From NCBI GenBank assembly GCA_000708835.1, contig DF237217.1:53188-117187 (forward strand): a stretch of 64,000 nucleotides of DNA. The letters are read 5' to 3'. Made by a program: the position numbers and the translations under genes. Shown piece by piece: positions 11,236-23,099 of the stretch (position 1 is its first letter; each line of letters starts with the position of its first letter). The stretch comes from Klebsormidium nitens (Eukaryota > Plantae > Klebsormidiophyceae). The notes beneath the pieces are model-generated. The model was not told the DNA's origin. It was given only the letters and a program-made list of their open reading frames with translations, and made no database searches.

Positions 11236-12479
11236 ATCTCAGTTGACAAACACGGCCAAAAGAAAAAAAGGAGCAGTTGGACGAAGACAATCGGAGCCAA
11301 AGGAGGGAAAGACGTACCGCCGCTTCCGAGTAATAACACAATGATCTCCTCCGAGGTACGTCCGTTGATGGCATAACCCCAGAGCCTCTGCATGAAGTCG
11401 ATCAACGCTCGGTCCCCGTTGAAGATGTCGTCCAGGAAGCCCTTGAGGATGGGCGTCGGGTGATGTAGCCCCTGCAAAGAACGATTTGGACTGCTCGGTC
11501 AAATTCGTATTGGCATCCCTTGAGTCAAAGAACGTCTGCCTCTAACCGGGACTCCTTTGAAAGACGCCGCGCGGACAAGCGCAATTGCAATCAAGCACAA
11601 AGACACGTAAGAAAGCACAAATACGCCGTGAAGCATCAACGCCTTGCCTTGAGATTCAGGCGTTGCGCTGATGCATGTACATACCAGGCAGAAATATGGT
11701 CAGCACTTGAGGAAGGGACGCCAACCTGAACCGAAAAAATCAAGAAATAGAGCGCTAAGCCTCAACACAAAACGTCTGGACTCTTTTTGGTAAGTTGGTC
11801 CCCAAGTGACTTGCACGGATGCTTGTCCTGAGAAGGAGCGATCGCAAGGACAAAAGAGAGACTCAACAAGTATTTCTCTCTCACAATTCTTTTCTGCACC
11901 AGAACTTCGACGATATGCCATCCTGAAAAATTGCATGAAGACGGAAACAAGCCACAACGTGCAAGCAAAACACCTTGTAGTTGATGTCAGCCAGCTTCGT
12001 GCACAGGTACTCCGGCCTGTGGATGTCCAGCTCGCCGGTGCGCAGGTTTATGACCCCGTTTGGACGTTGAGGATGTCTGGATTGGAGTCCAGCTCCCCAA
12101 CCAGATCCAGAGCCATCTCCCCCGTCATGATCGTCAGGGTCGAACTGATCTCGCCAGCGTCGTAGTATCGTCTTACTTTGTCAAGAGCTTTCTTGAGCTC
12201 CATCTTCTCCTCCTCGTCAATAGTTACGCTCAATTGCTCTTTCAATTCGGCTCGAACTCGAGCATACACGGTGCTGAGCTGGTGGACGCAGACGAACTTG
12301 ACCCTCTCGACAGGAGCCTGCTTGAAACGCTTCCCATCCCACATCCACCAAGTCTTCCCGTCGTTCCAGATCCTGCAACTCATAAAAAGGTGTCATTCTT
12401 GGGGCTATAACGCCGTCAATGCCTTCTCAAAAGTCAGCGCTTACAAGCCGTAGCGTTCGACATAACGGAACGTTCAACG

Positions 12480-12970
12480 GCCGGTGGCTGCTGACGTTAT
12501 CCCGAGCTCCTAAACAGAAAACGTTTTGACACATGGACACGGTGCAGGCTCTCTACTACGACGAACTTTAGGTAGAATTGCTGATGGCGTCACCCCGAGC
12601 TCCTGAAGAAAAGAGGTTGGCAGCAATCGAACACTTGGAACGGTACACAGTGCAGGCTCTCAATTTCAGTGAACGTCTGGTGGATTAGATGCTGACGTCA
12701 TCCCAAGCTCACGACCCAAAAAGGTTCGCTGAAACTCGGACACTTGGACACATGACACAGTGCAAACTCTCAGTTATGACGAACCCCAGGTGGAATAGAT
12801 GCTGACTTCATCCCAAACTCACGACCCAAAACGGTTCACTGAAACTCGGACACTTGGACACGGAACACAGTGCATGCTCTCAATAACAACAAACGCCAGG
12901 TGAAAGAGATGCTGGCGCCATCCCGAGCTCCCCACCCAAAAAGGTAAGCTGAAACTCGGACATTGAGACA
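12480..12970 (+). repeat. Family A array 3 (~5 units) inside intron 13146-12373 of primase-helicase copy 2
   Basis: TGCTGACGTCATCCC...GAAACTCGGACACTTGGACA units with ~105-110 bp period. Confidence 0.85.
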
Positions 12971-14827
12971 AAGGAGACAATACGAGACAATGGTTACAAC
13001 AAGGATTGAGCGAGATGCACTCAGACACTTTCTCCCAAAAATGAGCTAGAAGGCAACAGGATGGAAACAATGGCTGCAGCTTTGTTCATATTAAGTTTTC
13101 CAACGTCGCAACGGCTACCACAGAGAAAAGGAGTGGTTGATACCACCTGTGGCACCTCGAGTACATCTGTGCGACGATCCGACTGCCGCCCATGTCACCT
13201 CTGAACGCCCAGTAGTCCACGAATGGCTTCGTCAGCTCCTTGTACACGGTCGGGTCGTCCTCAGAAACTGGGGCTGTCTCGCCCCCCATCATGCTCTCTT
13301 TTGCCGTGAGCTCAACGATCTTGCGCGGCGGGTGAATGTCACAACATTCTGGGCTGTTGCACTTGTAGAGGAGGTTGCGACCCCGCACGAGGACGCAAAA
13401 GTTGTTGGAGCCGCTGTGATTGGCCTCGTACGGACACACGCGTGCGCCATTGACGCGGAACACGTACATGTCGCCCCCAGAAGACCTCTTGAGCTTGTCA
13501 AAGCATGAGTTGGAGTCTCCAGCGGCCGCGAGGCTTTTCTGAATGCGCTCCAGAACAGCTGGCGGAGGGGGCAGCTCGATCTCGTCCACACCGGAGTCGT
13601 CAGTTGGTCGAGCTGGGGGCCCAAATGCCGGTCTGCAAAGAAATACAACGGAGAATGGTAGTTGAAACGGAAGTAGATGTAAGCCTGGCTCGAAATGATG
13701 CTCGTTGCACGGAGCTCATACTGTCAACTTTTGCTTCAAGCAGCTTGCGAATCCTTGTCAACCCATTCGCTCGACCTCAGATTCACGGCAAGAAGCTGAC
13801 TAGCTTGTTTCAATGCAGTTCTTCCTAGAATTAATCAAGTCTGCCAGCGCAGGCCTGTGCACTAGGGTTCAAAAGCAAAAAGTGAATGCACAGAAAATCC
13901 AGATGTAGGGAGCAGTTGTAGCTCTCCGGCTACGATGGCTACCGACCTCCGAAAGGATTCATGCACACCAAAACAGAAGGCTGCTCAGAATGCCACACGG
14001 CAGACCGTGCGTGTGAAAACAAGCATCGACAAGCACTGAATGCCGGATGTTGGCACACAGGCATGGAACCTGACTTCGACCCGTTACAGGCTTCTTGTCC
14101 TACATGAGAAAGTGATGTACCTCGATGCAGCTGGAGGCGCGCCGCTTGCATTGACGATCTCGATCAGCCACTCCGGCATGGCCCGGAGGTTGGAGCGTTC
14201 TGGGGCGATCTCCTGCACCCACTCGTACCGCCGGACCGTGCCGTCCAAGCCCTTGTAGCTGCTGGGGCTCACGAAGAGCATACCCCCCTCGCCGCGCATG
14301 TCGGGCCAACCCTTTTGGCCATTGTAGATCAGACCCGTTCTTCCGGCGCCACTCAGCAAGCCAGCGGCCTTTGTTTGCGACAAAGAGAAGAGAAAGTGTT
14401 TCCCAGGCCGCTTCCCCGACCACTCCCAGGGGGTGTCGTCGGGCAAAGGGCCGTGCTCTGCCAGCAATCGCTCGAAGGCTTCCGCCCCGTTGTCCCGTAT
14501 CGACGTCAAGGGCATAGATGTCGGAGGGCTCCGTCAGGATGGCGAGGCAGGTTTTGCCAAGCCGGACCCCTTCGCGCAAGCAGTTGCCGAGGTCAACCTT
14601 TTGCCAATTGCGCATGAGGCCGGCGGCCGCTTTCTTCTCTTCGCCCTTCTCGTTCAAAAAGAGCCTCATGTTGAACGTCAGTGACGCCACGCCCAGCGAG
14701 TGAAAGTGATGAGCGGCGGCCACGATTGGGGTTGACTCGCGACGGGTCCCCCGCGTCAGCTGGGGTCGGTTCCGGCGGCCCAAGGAAGCATTTGAAATGG
14801 GCTACTAGCTTGGCAAAACCATTTTGG

Positions 14828-15415
14828 GGGATGGCTGCTGACGTCATGGAAGAGGCCCCCTTCAAGAACGTTTATCGGAAACTTGGACACTCAGACACCT
14901 TCGTGCCATCAATCACAGGCGAAAAAGTGCCAAGGATGGCTGTTGACGTCTTGAAAGAGGGCCCCTTCAAGAACGTTTGTCAGAAACTCGGACACTCGGC
15001 CACCTTCGTGCCATCAATCACAGGCAAAAAGTGCCGGGGATGGCTGCTGACGTCATCGAAGAGGGTTCCTTGAAAAACGCGTGTCAAAACTCGATCATTC
15101 GGACACCTTCGTGCCATCAATCACAAACGACAAGTGCGAGGGATGGCTGCTGACGTCATCCAAGAGGCTCCCTTGAAAACGTTTGTCAAAAACTCGGACA
15201 CTTGGACACCTTCGTGCCATCAATTACAGGCGAAAAGCGCCACCGATGGCTGCTGACGTCATCCAAGAGGCTTTCTTCAAAACGTTTGTCAAATACGGAC
15301 ACTCGGACACGTTCGTGCGCATTGATCACAGGCGAAACAATCCGAGGGATAGCTGCTGACGTGATCAAAGAGCCTCCTTCAAAAAACGTTTGTCAAAAAC
15401 TCGGACACTCGAACA
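14828..15415 (+). repeat. Family A array 4 (6 units, ~103-104 bp period)
   Basis: GGATGGCTGCTGACGTCATC...AAAACTCGGACACTTGGACACCTTCGTGCCATCAATCACAGGCG repeated six times with substitutions. Confidence 0.9.
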
Positions 15416-15761
15416 GCCGCTGCCATCTAGACTCAACATTGCAAACCGCTTGGAGCTGTCCGATCCTCAAAAGCTCGAGATTCGCTTCGGCTTTCGTGTA
15501 CATCAATTATTAAGTTGGCGATTGAATGGCTATGTACACGAAGTGTATGGCTATGTACACGAACATTAGCCATCAGTTTTTGCTGAATGCATGGAAATGT
15601 ACACGAATGCATTAAAGATTTTCCTACTCTTCTGCAACTTTGTTGCACTTTGCACGCTTACTTTCTAGGCACGCAACAAGGCCTTAATGCCAGCAGCTAG
15701 GTGCCCAAAAAGCTTTTAACTCCAAGATCGTGGCCGCATGAAATCGGAGGAGGGTGCTTAC

Positions 15762-16360
15762 CCGGTTGTTGGCTCCGCGCGGTTGCGGCACAATCGCGCA
15801 CGATTTGTCGAACGCGTCCTCCAGCCTCCAGTCAGATCCATCGTCCAGCCAGTCCACCTCCTCCGGCTCTGGCGGGAGGTCGTCCGACCAGTCGTCGTCC
15901 TCGGGCAACGGAGGGAGGTCGTCTGGCATGGGGCACTCCATCACGGGCACGTCCCCTTTGACTGGCACGGGGAGGTGCCCGGCGCTCGCAACGTGCCTGC
16001 GACCCGAAGACGGGCTGTCATCCTCGTCCGAGAAGTCGGGCGATGAGTACACCACGCGACGGCGGCGGCGATTTTGGAGGGGCTTGGTCGCCCCATCAGG
16101 CGCGCGCCGCTTGAGCTTCGCCAGGACCTGGGAGAGGCCCTCATTCTCGGAATCCGTCTCCAAAGCGGCGTTCATCTGACCGTACCGCACCACTTCATTC
16201 ATCCTCTTTCCGGGGCGCGTCATCAATCATCGCGCGATCCTCGGGGGTCTCCTCGTCCGACTCCGTCCCGGGGCTCATATTCTGCCCCCTCGATGTTCTC
16301 GCCCTCCCCTTCCGACTCCGTCTCCTGCGCCTCGTCCTCGCTGGAGGGGGGCAGCGCCCG
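15762..16360 (-). pseudogene. Acidic low-complexity exon A1 (frameshifted), paralogue of A2
   Basis: ESEGEGENIEG, ESDEETPEDRAMIDDAP, NEVVRYGQMNAA...DSE, W-rich DDGSDWRLEDAFDKSCAIV. Ends in a phase-0 donor CGG|GTAAGC at 15761. Frame changes near 16265 and 16200. Confidence 0.6.
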
Positions 16361-16489
16361 CCGGTCAATGCTGCTACTCGCCTGCACGGGTATGCATGCG
16401 CTGAAATTAGAAGAATCAATGAAGCAGGTGACCCGCTACTGGTTTCAAAACACGTCTGCGACTGATCGATAGAACCTTGCCTTATAAAT

Positions 16490-16740
16490 GGACCTGCTTT
16501 GTCACGTCAACGACTATCATGGCAAGCTAAGTTGCACACGAAAGGGCTGCCAACACCCCTGTCCGAGTGTCCGAGATCTTGACGTGCCTTTTGGAATCGG
16601 GCCTGCTTTGTGACGTCAGCAAGTTTACATCAGGCAAGATTGCGAGATGGGCTGAGAATACACTGCCAACACCCCTGTCCGAGTGTCCGAGATTCTGACG
16701 TGCCTTCTGAGTCTCGGGCCTACTTTGTGATGTCAGCAAA
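16490..16740 (-). repeat. Family A array 5 (2-3 units, ~120 bp subfamily)
   Basis: CACCCCTGTCCGAGTGTCCGAGAT...CTTTGTGACGTCAGCA, near-identical to array 6. Confidence 0.8.
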
Positions 16741-17205
16741 CATCAAGCCAAGCCAAGCCGTTAACAAACGGGAACAATGACGCCAGATCGTTCTTTCTGT
16801 CGCCGCCACACCAGTTGCCGCCCCCTTTCAGCTGAAGGCCTCAAAGTAGAAGAAAATGTGGTTGGCTCCCCATGAAAGTGTTCCACAACAGAAGTAATCC
16901 TCCTGTGTATACGACACTCACCTCATCTATTGGTGTCGCCTGCTCGCCGCCGTCCTCGCGCGCCCGCGCATCGTCCTCGGGACTCCTCGCGTCCAAGGAC
17001 CGCTTCCGGCCTTGCAATTGTGACGCTGGTACCTGCAAATGGACGGTGCTCATGAGAATGAAGACACGCTTGCGCTGCGAAGCAAGAGAGGGGTCGGTTC
17101 ACATTTCAAGGCTCCCTCCATGGCGTCGACCTGCGGGGGTCTCCGCTCAGTTAACGCGCACTTAGGAGAACGCTTTCGCCGCCGATAGCACCAATTCCTG
17201 AGCTG

Positions 17206-17550
17206 ATGGCTGCCAAAGCAGATCAAGCCTTGTCGGACGAGCAGATCAGAGCTCTATTTCAGATCATCGAAGACGAAGAAGGTGCTTGCGAGTCGGCCAG
17301 GATGTTCGTCGATGTTGTCACGCAGGCAGTCGAGGCCGCTTCCCAACGGTACCTATGCGGCGCTTGGCCAAGAAGGCTCGATTGGCCGGCCGTGTTCCAG
17401 GGCTGGAGAAAGGGACGGGATATCAAGGTGGAGGGCCCTGGCCAGATGTTTGGGGTGCACTTCCTCGCAGGTTATGACACCGAGGGTCGTCTGTCTCTTG
17501 ACTATGCAATCGAAGACTCAGATGAGCTGCAGGCCTTCTACGAGGAGTGA
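17206..17550 (+). CDS. Hypothetical protein (114 aa)
   Basis: ATG-initiated GC-rich ORF with protein-like composition. N-terminus LSDEQIRALF resembles the ORF at 19614. Confidence 0.5.
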   Translation: MAAKADQALSDEQIRALFQIIEDEEGACESARMFVDVVTQAVEAASQRYLCGAWPRRLDWPAVFQGWRKGRDIKVEGPGQMFGVHFLAGYDTEGRLSLDYAIEDSDELQAFYEE

Positions 17551-17959
17551 TGAGCTACGAGCGATGCTGGTGGCTGCACTAAAGAGTGAGTGCTCACATC
17601 GGTACGTGCGGTAGCAAGAGTAGCCAGCCCCTCTTGAGGCAGAAGTTTGGGCAGGTTGGCGAGCTCGCCTCTGGAAGGAGGGGATGATGTAGGCGCGCCA
17701 CGCATAATCTGCAAAAGGGACGATATGAGAAAGATCACTAGGATGCAAGCTCAAGTAATCGGGTTGTCATGCAAGGCCGGCCGTTTTTCCATCAAGAACT
17801 GTAATTGACGATGTTGCACCAAAGGAACGTGACGTTCTCGAACAAGAAGGCAAAACAAATCAAGCCAGTACAATCAGGCGGGCTGCCCTCATATAAGGAA
17901 CATACTGCTCTCATTGGCAAGCAACGGGTCCTCGAAAAAACCTACTTTGTCTTCTGAAT

Positions 17960-18160
17960 CTGGGCTCGGGCATACTTTGTGACGTCAGCAGACATCCGAG
18001 GCAAGATTGCGAGATGGGGCCAAGAAAACACCGGTTGCCATCACCCCTGTCCGAGTGTCCGAGATTCTGACGTACCTTTTGGGCTCGGGCCTACTTTGTG
18101 ACGTCAGCAGATTCCTTGCCAAGATTGCGGGATGGGGCCAAGAGTACACTGCCATCACCC
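17960..18160 (-). repeat. Family A array 6 (2 units, same subfamily as array 5)
   Basis: CTACTTTGTGACGTCAGCAG...CAAGATTGCG(A/G)GATGGGG...CACCCCTGTCCGAGTGTCCGAG. Confidence 0.8.
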
Positions 18161-18461
18161 TTGCCCAAGGATGGGCGTGTAGGCACTGACCTAGGCAACT
18201 TGTTGGCCGGGTTCAAAAACAGTTCAAATTTCTTCACTAACCTGTGAAACGTTGGTGCCTGCTTTCAGCTGCTGCGAAGTCGCCACTTCCTCTCTGAGCT
18301 AGCGTTGAAAGTCGCGGAAGTAGCTGGGGTCGAAGAGACCATGTAGCCAGGTCCGCGCGGTTCGGGGATCTCATGGATCTGCAAACAAATCGGACACTTG
18401 GTTGGAATTCTTGGCAAAGAGAGGGAGCCTTTTCAGCCGCTCGGCGCTTGATACATATCCT

Positions 18462-21400
18462 TCAAGTTGCCGTGTGGAGTGATCGGGCACAAGTTTCGAC
18501 CAAAGAGTCATCGATTAGGTACCTAAGGAGGCGGGCGACGGCAGTGACTTGCTTCGTTTGCCGACCATTGCAGTGTCGTGCTCGAAAAAGCCACCTCTGC
18601 TTCACTGAAGATGGACACTTCTCGAGCCGATTCTTGGAACACAACAAATCCAACAGGCTTTTAGAGTTCTTGTTGGAGTTCTTATCCGCGCTGCGCCTCC
18701 ATGTGCGCATGCTCGCAAAATATTCTTCATTCAACATTCTATCGACAAACTGAACCTGTGTTTGACAAGGAAGCAGGTTTTGCCCCTCAACTATAGTAAG
18801 GCGTGACAAGAATTCAAACACTTGAACAAAGTCTGCGCCACCAACCACAGTGGATCCTATCGTGGATGGCTGCTGACGTCATCCAAGAGCTCCCGTCTAA
18901 AAATGTGTGACAAGAACTCGGACACTCGGACACCTTCGTGCCATCAATCACGGACAAAAGATGCGGGGGGATGGCTGCTGACGTCATCAAAGAGGCTTTC
19001 TTCAAAAACGTTTGTCAAAAACTCGGACACTCGGACACCTTCCTGCCATCAACCACAGGCAAAAGATGCCGGGTATGGCTGCTGACGTCATCCAAGAGCT
19101 CCCGTTAGAAAAGGTGTGACAAGAACTCGGACACTCGGACACCTTCGTGCCATCAATCACATGCATAAATGCCGGGGATGGCTGCTGACGTCACCAGAAA
19201 CGAGCGCCCAGAAAGTCTGCCAAAAGCTTGGACAACTTGGACAAGAAAAAAGGCTGCTGACGTCATCAAAACCTCCACTTTCCGCACCCAAACAACCAGA
19301 AATAGTACTTTTGGCAATCATGGCAGCGTCATTGCAACCTTGAGGCACGCCACATGTTTGTAGCATGCAGTGTTGTCCGTCGTTGCTGGAACCGTCTGAA
19401 AATTGCTCTCCTGGCGCTCTGACCTCGCAATTTAGAAGATTTTAGCCTTGGTCATGAAGGGGGTGGACTCACCACGACGGGCGCCGGCTCCGCAGCAGCC
19501 GGACGGGGAGCGCTAGCGGGACGCGAGGCGCTGGACGAGGGGCCGGGGTCCTGTAAGGCGAATGCAAAGGCGATGAGCTTAAGAACAGGGAACACAGAGC
19601 TAAGGCAGCTTCGATGGACTGTGGTGCGGTTTCTACCGACGAGCAAGTCAGAAACGTCTTCGCTCTCAGCGCTATGATTGATCAAGAGACTCTGAAGGCG
19701 GCAGCGAGGTTTCCAGACGCAGCAGCTGCTGCGATCGCACACCTCCGCAACAGGGGTGCATGCGACGACCCGAGGGCTTTATCTCGGCCGTGGCTGTTTC
19801 GGTGGTTCATGCACGTGGGGGGATTCTCAAGCTGGTCGAGCGACAATGTCATCGAAATCTTCCAGGAGTTTCTGGATGAAGACTAGGACAAACTCGGGGA
19901 GCTCAAAGGCGCGCTTTTGAGGCGCATCTGCGCCGAGGCAATCCAGGATTGCAAGACACTAACCTCCCTGGCGCCGGCGCTCGGCGGAGTCGGCGGTTGA
20001 GTTGGTCGTACCGTAGAGCAGGCCATGACCTCTGTGCCCCACACCGGGTTCGATTGCTGAAGGAGAAAGGAGTGGACGAAAGTCAAGAAGCGACCTATCA
20101 AAATCTTACAATTACAAACACTCAAAGCAGATTTCCAATTCATGTTTTATTTCTGCTTTTTGAATGGAGTACTAGAATGTCCGGCATGGCTTTTGAGCGG
20201 GCTGACTGACGGTTAGCTGGCTCCTTGTCCAAATTGTCCAAGCTTTTGGCAGACTTTTTTGAAAGCGAATTGTGATGACGTCAGCAATCGTCCACCCCCA
20301 AGTAGAATGCACGTGCAGTCGACAGCATAGACCCTCCCCTTGTCCAAACCGTCCGAACTCTGTGCAAACTTCTCTGGAGTCCATTCTTGATGACGCCATA
20401 CTCAAAAGCTCACACGAAAAAAAGACGTCATCCCCAGCACTTTTTGGCGTGGGCAGCAGCGCGGAAAGAGCGAGCGAACATGGACGCATCTAGGTCAAAG
20501 TCCCTTACCACGGGGGCTTTTGAACGGACGGAATCGCCAGGTTCTCCGCCTAGCTTGAAGGCGGAGGCCTCGGGAGCTGCGGCCGCCTGTGCAGTAGGGG
20601 GAGGGGTGGCGGCGCTGTCACCGTCTACCGCGGCCGTGGTGGAGGCTGGGGGAGATGCGCCCTGCGAAAAGGCCAGGGTGAGAAGAGACGTCAGGCGCAA
20701 CTGTCGGAAGCGACAGGCGACCATATGTCCCTCCCCTTGTCCAAACTGTCCGAGCTCTGGGCAAACTTTTCTGAAGTCCATTCTTGATGACGTCATCAAG
20801 CAAAACGGACATACTCAAAGCCCGCACGTCAGCGCTTTTTGGTGTGGGGAGCGGCGCGGCGCGGGAAAAGCGGACGACCTCAACGGCTTGCCAGCCTGCG
20901 AAGGGACGGACATTTACGCATCCAGGTTGGAGTAAAGCGAAAGGCGAGGATGTGTTGCCAGAGCACTTTTGCGAGTTCCCCCATATGTTCTCAAAACTCT
21001 GATGAAGATGGATGTGGAGGAGAATTGTTGCGTCCAGAAGACCGATCGTGTACATAAGAAAGCAATCGACAAAATACTAGTTGCAAATGTACATCAATCA
21101 AAAAGAACTTGAGGTTGTAGGTGAGATTGTACACGAAGTCTACCACCACTTTTACCACGATTCCACTAGAATCAACAGATGATGACTCCTCCTGATTGGT
21201 GAATGTAAGGACACGTGAGCTATCTTTGAAAAAGGGGGGTGATCTGTACATCTTGTGTGCTCTACTCGACAAAACGAGACCGACGGTGCCTGAAGCAAGA
21301 GAACTTTTTGATGGGGGGCAACATCTATCAAACGCACTCGTGCGCCGCTCATCCAAAGATCGATGGAGACTCACCCGCCCGGCCTTTGGCGGAGGTGGTC

Positions 21401-21941
21401 ACACGATCATACACTTGTCGGTGAACTCGTCCCTGGAGCCCGGGTCCAGCTCCGCCGGGTCGAGGAGGTCGGGCCAGCCGTCGTCGACCAAGTCGAACGA
21501 CCAGCCGTCGTCGTGCTCCAACGACAAGCGGCCGGCATCCTTACTGCTCACTTCGGCCTCCATGTCGGCCGGAGGGGGGTGGTTCTCGTCGGCGCAGGAG
21601 CTCGAGGAAGAGTCCTCCAGAACTCGAAGTCGACCTCGAGGTGCCCGCGGTTTGAACCTCCGCCTCACCATCTCGGCGAGGACTTCCGAGTCGGAAGCGC
21701 CCGCTGCGCGCTGGAGTAGCCCCAATTGGACCACGGGGTTGGGCTCCTTCAGGGGGGCATCGTCCAGCATGGCTCGGTCCCGAGGGGCTTCTTCGTCTGA
21801 AGATTCTTCATCTCTCTGGAACTCTACCCCCTCGATGTCTTCACCCTCTCCTTCCGATTCCGACCTCGCGGGACCGTTCTCCAAGTCGTTGTCCTGCACT
21901 GAAGATTCGGATGTTGATACGTGTTCTTTTCGTCCAGACAT
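18462..21941 (-). CDS. Cryptic multi-exon gene: acidic exon A2, two Pro/Ala-rich exons and a helical exon; possibly a pseudogene
   Basis: ATG at 21941. Exon 21941-21375 (GTGAGT donor, with an in-frame TGA at 21399-21401). Exon 20661-20509 (153 nt, CAG|...|GTAAGG). Exon 19550-19473 (78 nt, CAG|...|GTGAGT). Exon from 18755 (CAG|GTT). All junctions are phase 0. Confidence 0.5.
18840..19270 (+). repeat. Family A array 7 (4-5 units), in the predicted intron 19472-18756
   Basis: GGATGGCTGCTGACGTCATC(C/A)AAGAG...AACTCGGACACTCGGACACCTTCGTGCCATCAATCAC. The last unit switches to CTTGGACAACTTGGACAA. Confidence 0.9.
19614..19886 (+). CDS. Hypothetical protein (90 aa), antisense within a predicted intron
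   Basis: ATG-initiated ORF, STDEQVRNVF N-terminus, W-rich C-terminus. Confidence 0.4.
   Translation: MDCGAVSTDEQVRNVFALSAMIDQETLKAAARFPDAAAAAIAHLRNRGACDDPRALSRPWLFRWFMHVGGFSSWSSDNVIEIFQEFLDED
20215..20835 (-). repeat. Family A array 8 (GGACAA 9-bp-spacing subfamily), flanking exon 20661-20509
   Basis: CCTTGTCCAAA(T/C)(T/C)GTCC(A/G)A(G/A)CT and GATGACGTCA at about 20225-20285, 20340-20395 and 20735-20795. Confidence 0.8.
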
Positions 21942-21974
21942 CTTGGAGAAGGAGCCCGCATCGCATCCCCCTTG

Positions 21975-22720
21975 GATGGTCAGTTGCTGACGTCCTCAAA
22001 ATTGGGCGCTCAGAAAGTCTGCCAAAAGCTCGGACAACTTGGACAACTTGAAGCGACGGCTGCAGACGTCATCAGAAGCGGGCGGTCAGAAAGTCTATGA
22101 AAAGCTCGGACAACTTGGACAAGAGACGGCTGCTGAATGCACTTGTGTTTCACCGCACATACCCCCCTCCCCTTGTCCAAGCTGTCCAAGCTTTTTGATA
22201 CCCTTTTGGGGACACGGAGGCACTGCGACTGCTGACGTCATCAGATTGGCGCTCGCAAAAAAGCCGTGCACAAGCTTGGACACCTCGGACAAGGGAGGCA
22301 TCTGATGTCTGAGGAGGTTGATTGGAATTGAGGACCTCTGTTGTTGACGTCATCAGAAACGGGCGCCCAGAAAGTTTTCAAAAGCTTGGACAATATGGAC
22401 AAGGAACGGCTGATGACGTCATCCAGATTGGGCGTCCAAAAGTCTTCGTTTGAAGAGCTCGGACAACTTGAACAAAAGAGAGAGGTCTGCGCCATTGGCA
22501 ACCACAACTGAATTCTACCTTGGATGGTCGAAAGCTGCTAACGTTATCAAAACTGGGCACCAAAAAAGTCTTCAAAGAGCTTGGACAACTTGGACAAGAG
22601 GGTCTTCGATCAACTACAGCTCCATTCTACCTCGGATGGTCCGTTGCTGATGTCATCCTCGAGGACTGGCCACCAAAAATGTCCTCCAAGGGCTTCGACA
22701 ACTTGGACAAGCGGGAGTCC
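21975..22720 (+). repeat. Family A array 9 (GGACAA subfamily, ~6 units, one inverted GGACA pair)
   Basis: TGACGTCATCAGA...AAAGCT(C/T)GGACAACTTGGACAA. Inverted CCTTGTCCAAGCTGTCCAAGC near 22170-22192. Confidence 0.85.
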
Positions 22721-23099
22721 GCATTGAACAAGAATCACAGCAGACATGTCGGTGGGAGCTAACCTCCGAAAATGGATTTCCGGAGATGCTGGGATGCCCG
22801 GGCACAAAGAAGCCCTCTTGAAAGTACACCGCATCACCGGTCCGTCGTCCCTTGTCGCTCGCCGCCCGCACGGCCTCGATCTCCTCTGACGTGGGCATTT
22901 TGGTATAGGCGGAACTCGTTGGCTCGTACGTTCTCTCTTCGAGCTGCAATAGGGAGCACGTCTCAGTCCGGGCAATGGCATTGACCAGTCGGTTCAGAAA
23001 AGCGCACGCGTTGCTGCCTGACAAGCAAAGCAGCGGGGCATGGATTGGCTCAAATTCATGTGGGCGCATGCCGCAACTGCTGACCAAACAACGCAACAA
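22653..23099 (-). CDS. Hypothetical protein or exon
   Basis: Open frame with protein-like core (AFLNRLVNAIARTETCSLLQLEERTYEP...). The 3' end runs into repeat array 9. Confidence 0.3.
   Translation of the reverse strand: MLRCLVSSCGMRPHEFEPIHAPLLCLSGSNACAFLNRLVNAIARTETCSLLQLEERTYEPTSSAYTKMPTSEEIEAVRAASDKGRRTGDAVYFQEGFFVPGHPSISGNPFSEVSSHRHVCCDSCSMRTPACPSCRSPWRTFLVASPRG

Larger units (their letters stand above)
9507..14801 (-). pseudogene. Second Prim-Pol + D5/SF3 primase-helicase, split by spliceosomal introns, with two frameshifts
   Basis: Exons ~14801-14121, 13632-13147, 12372-11974, 11471-11318 and 10360-9507. All four introns are GT-AG with matching phases. Splicing rebuilds Walker A LLGSGG|NGKG across intron 11317-10361 and YK|GLHHP across 11973-11472. 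Also VAVTDET, FIQTNY, NIDRRL and CPYEANHSGSNNF...YKCNSPEC. Frameshifts near 14500 and 12060. Confidence 0.85.
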
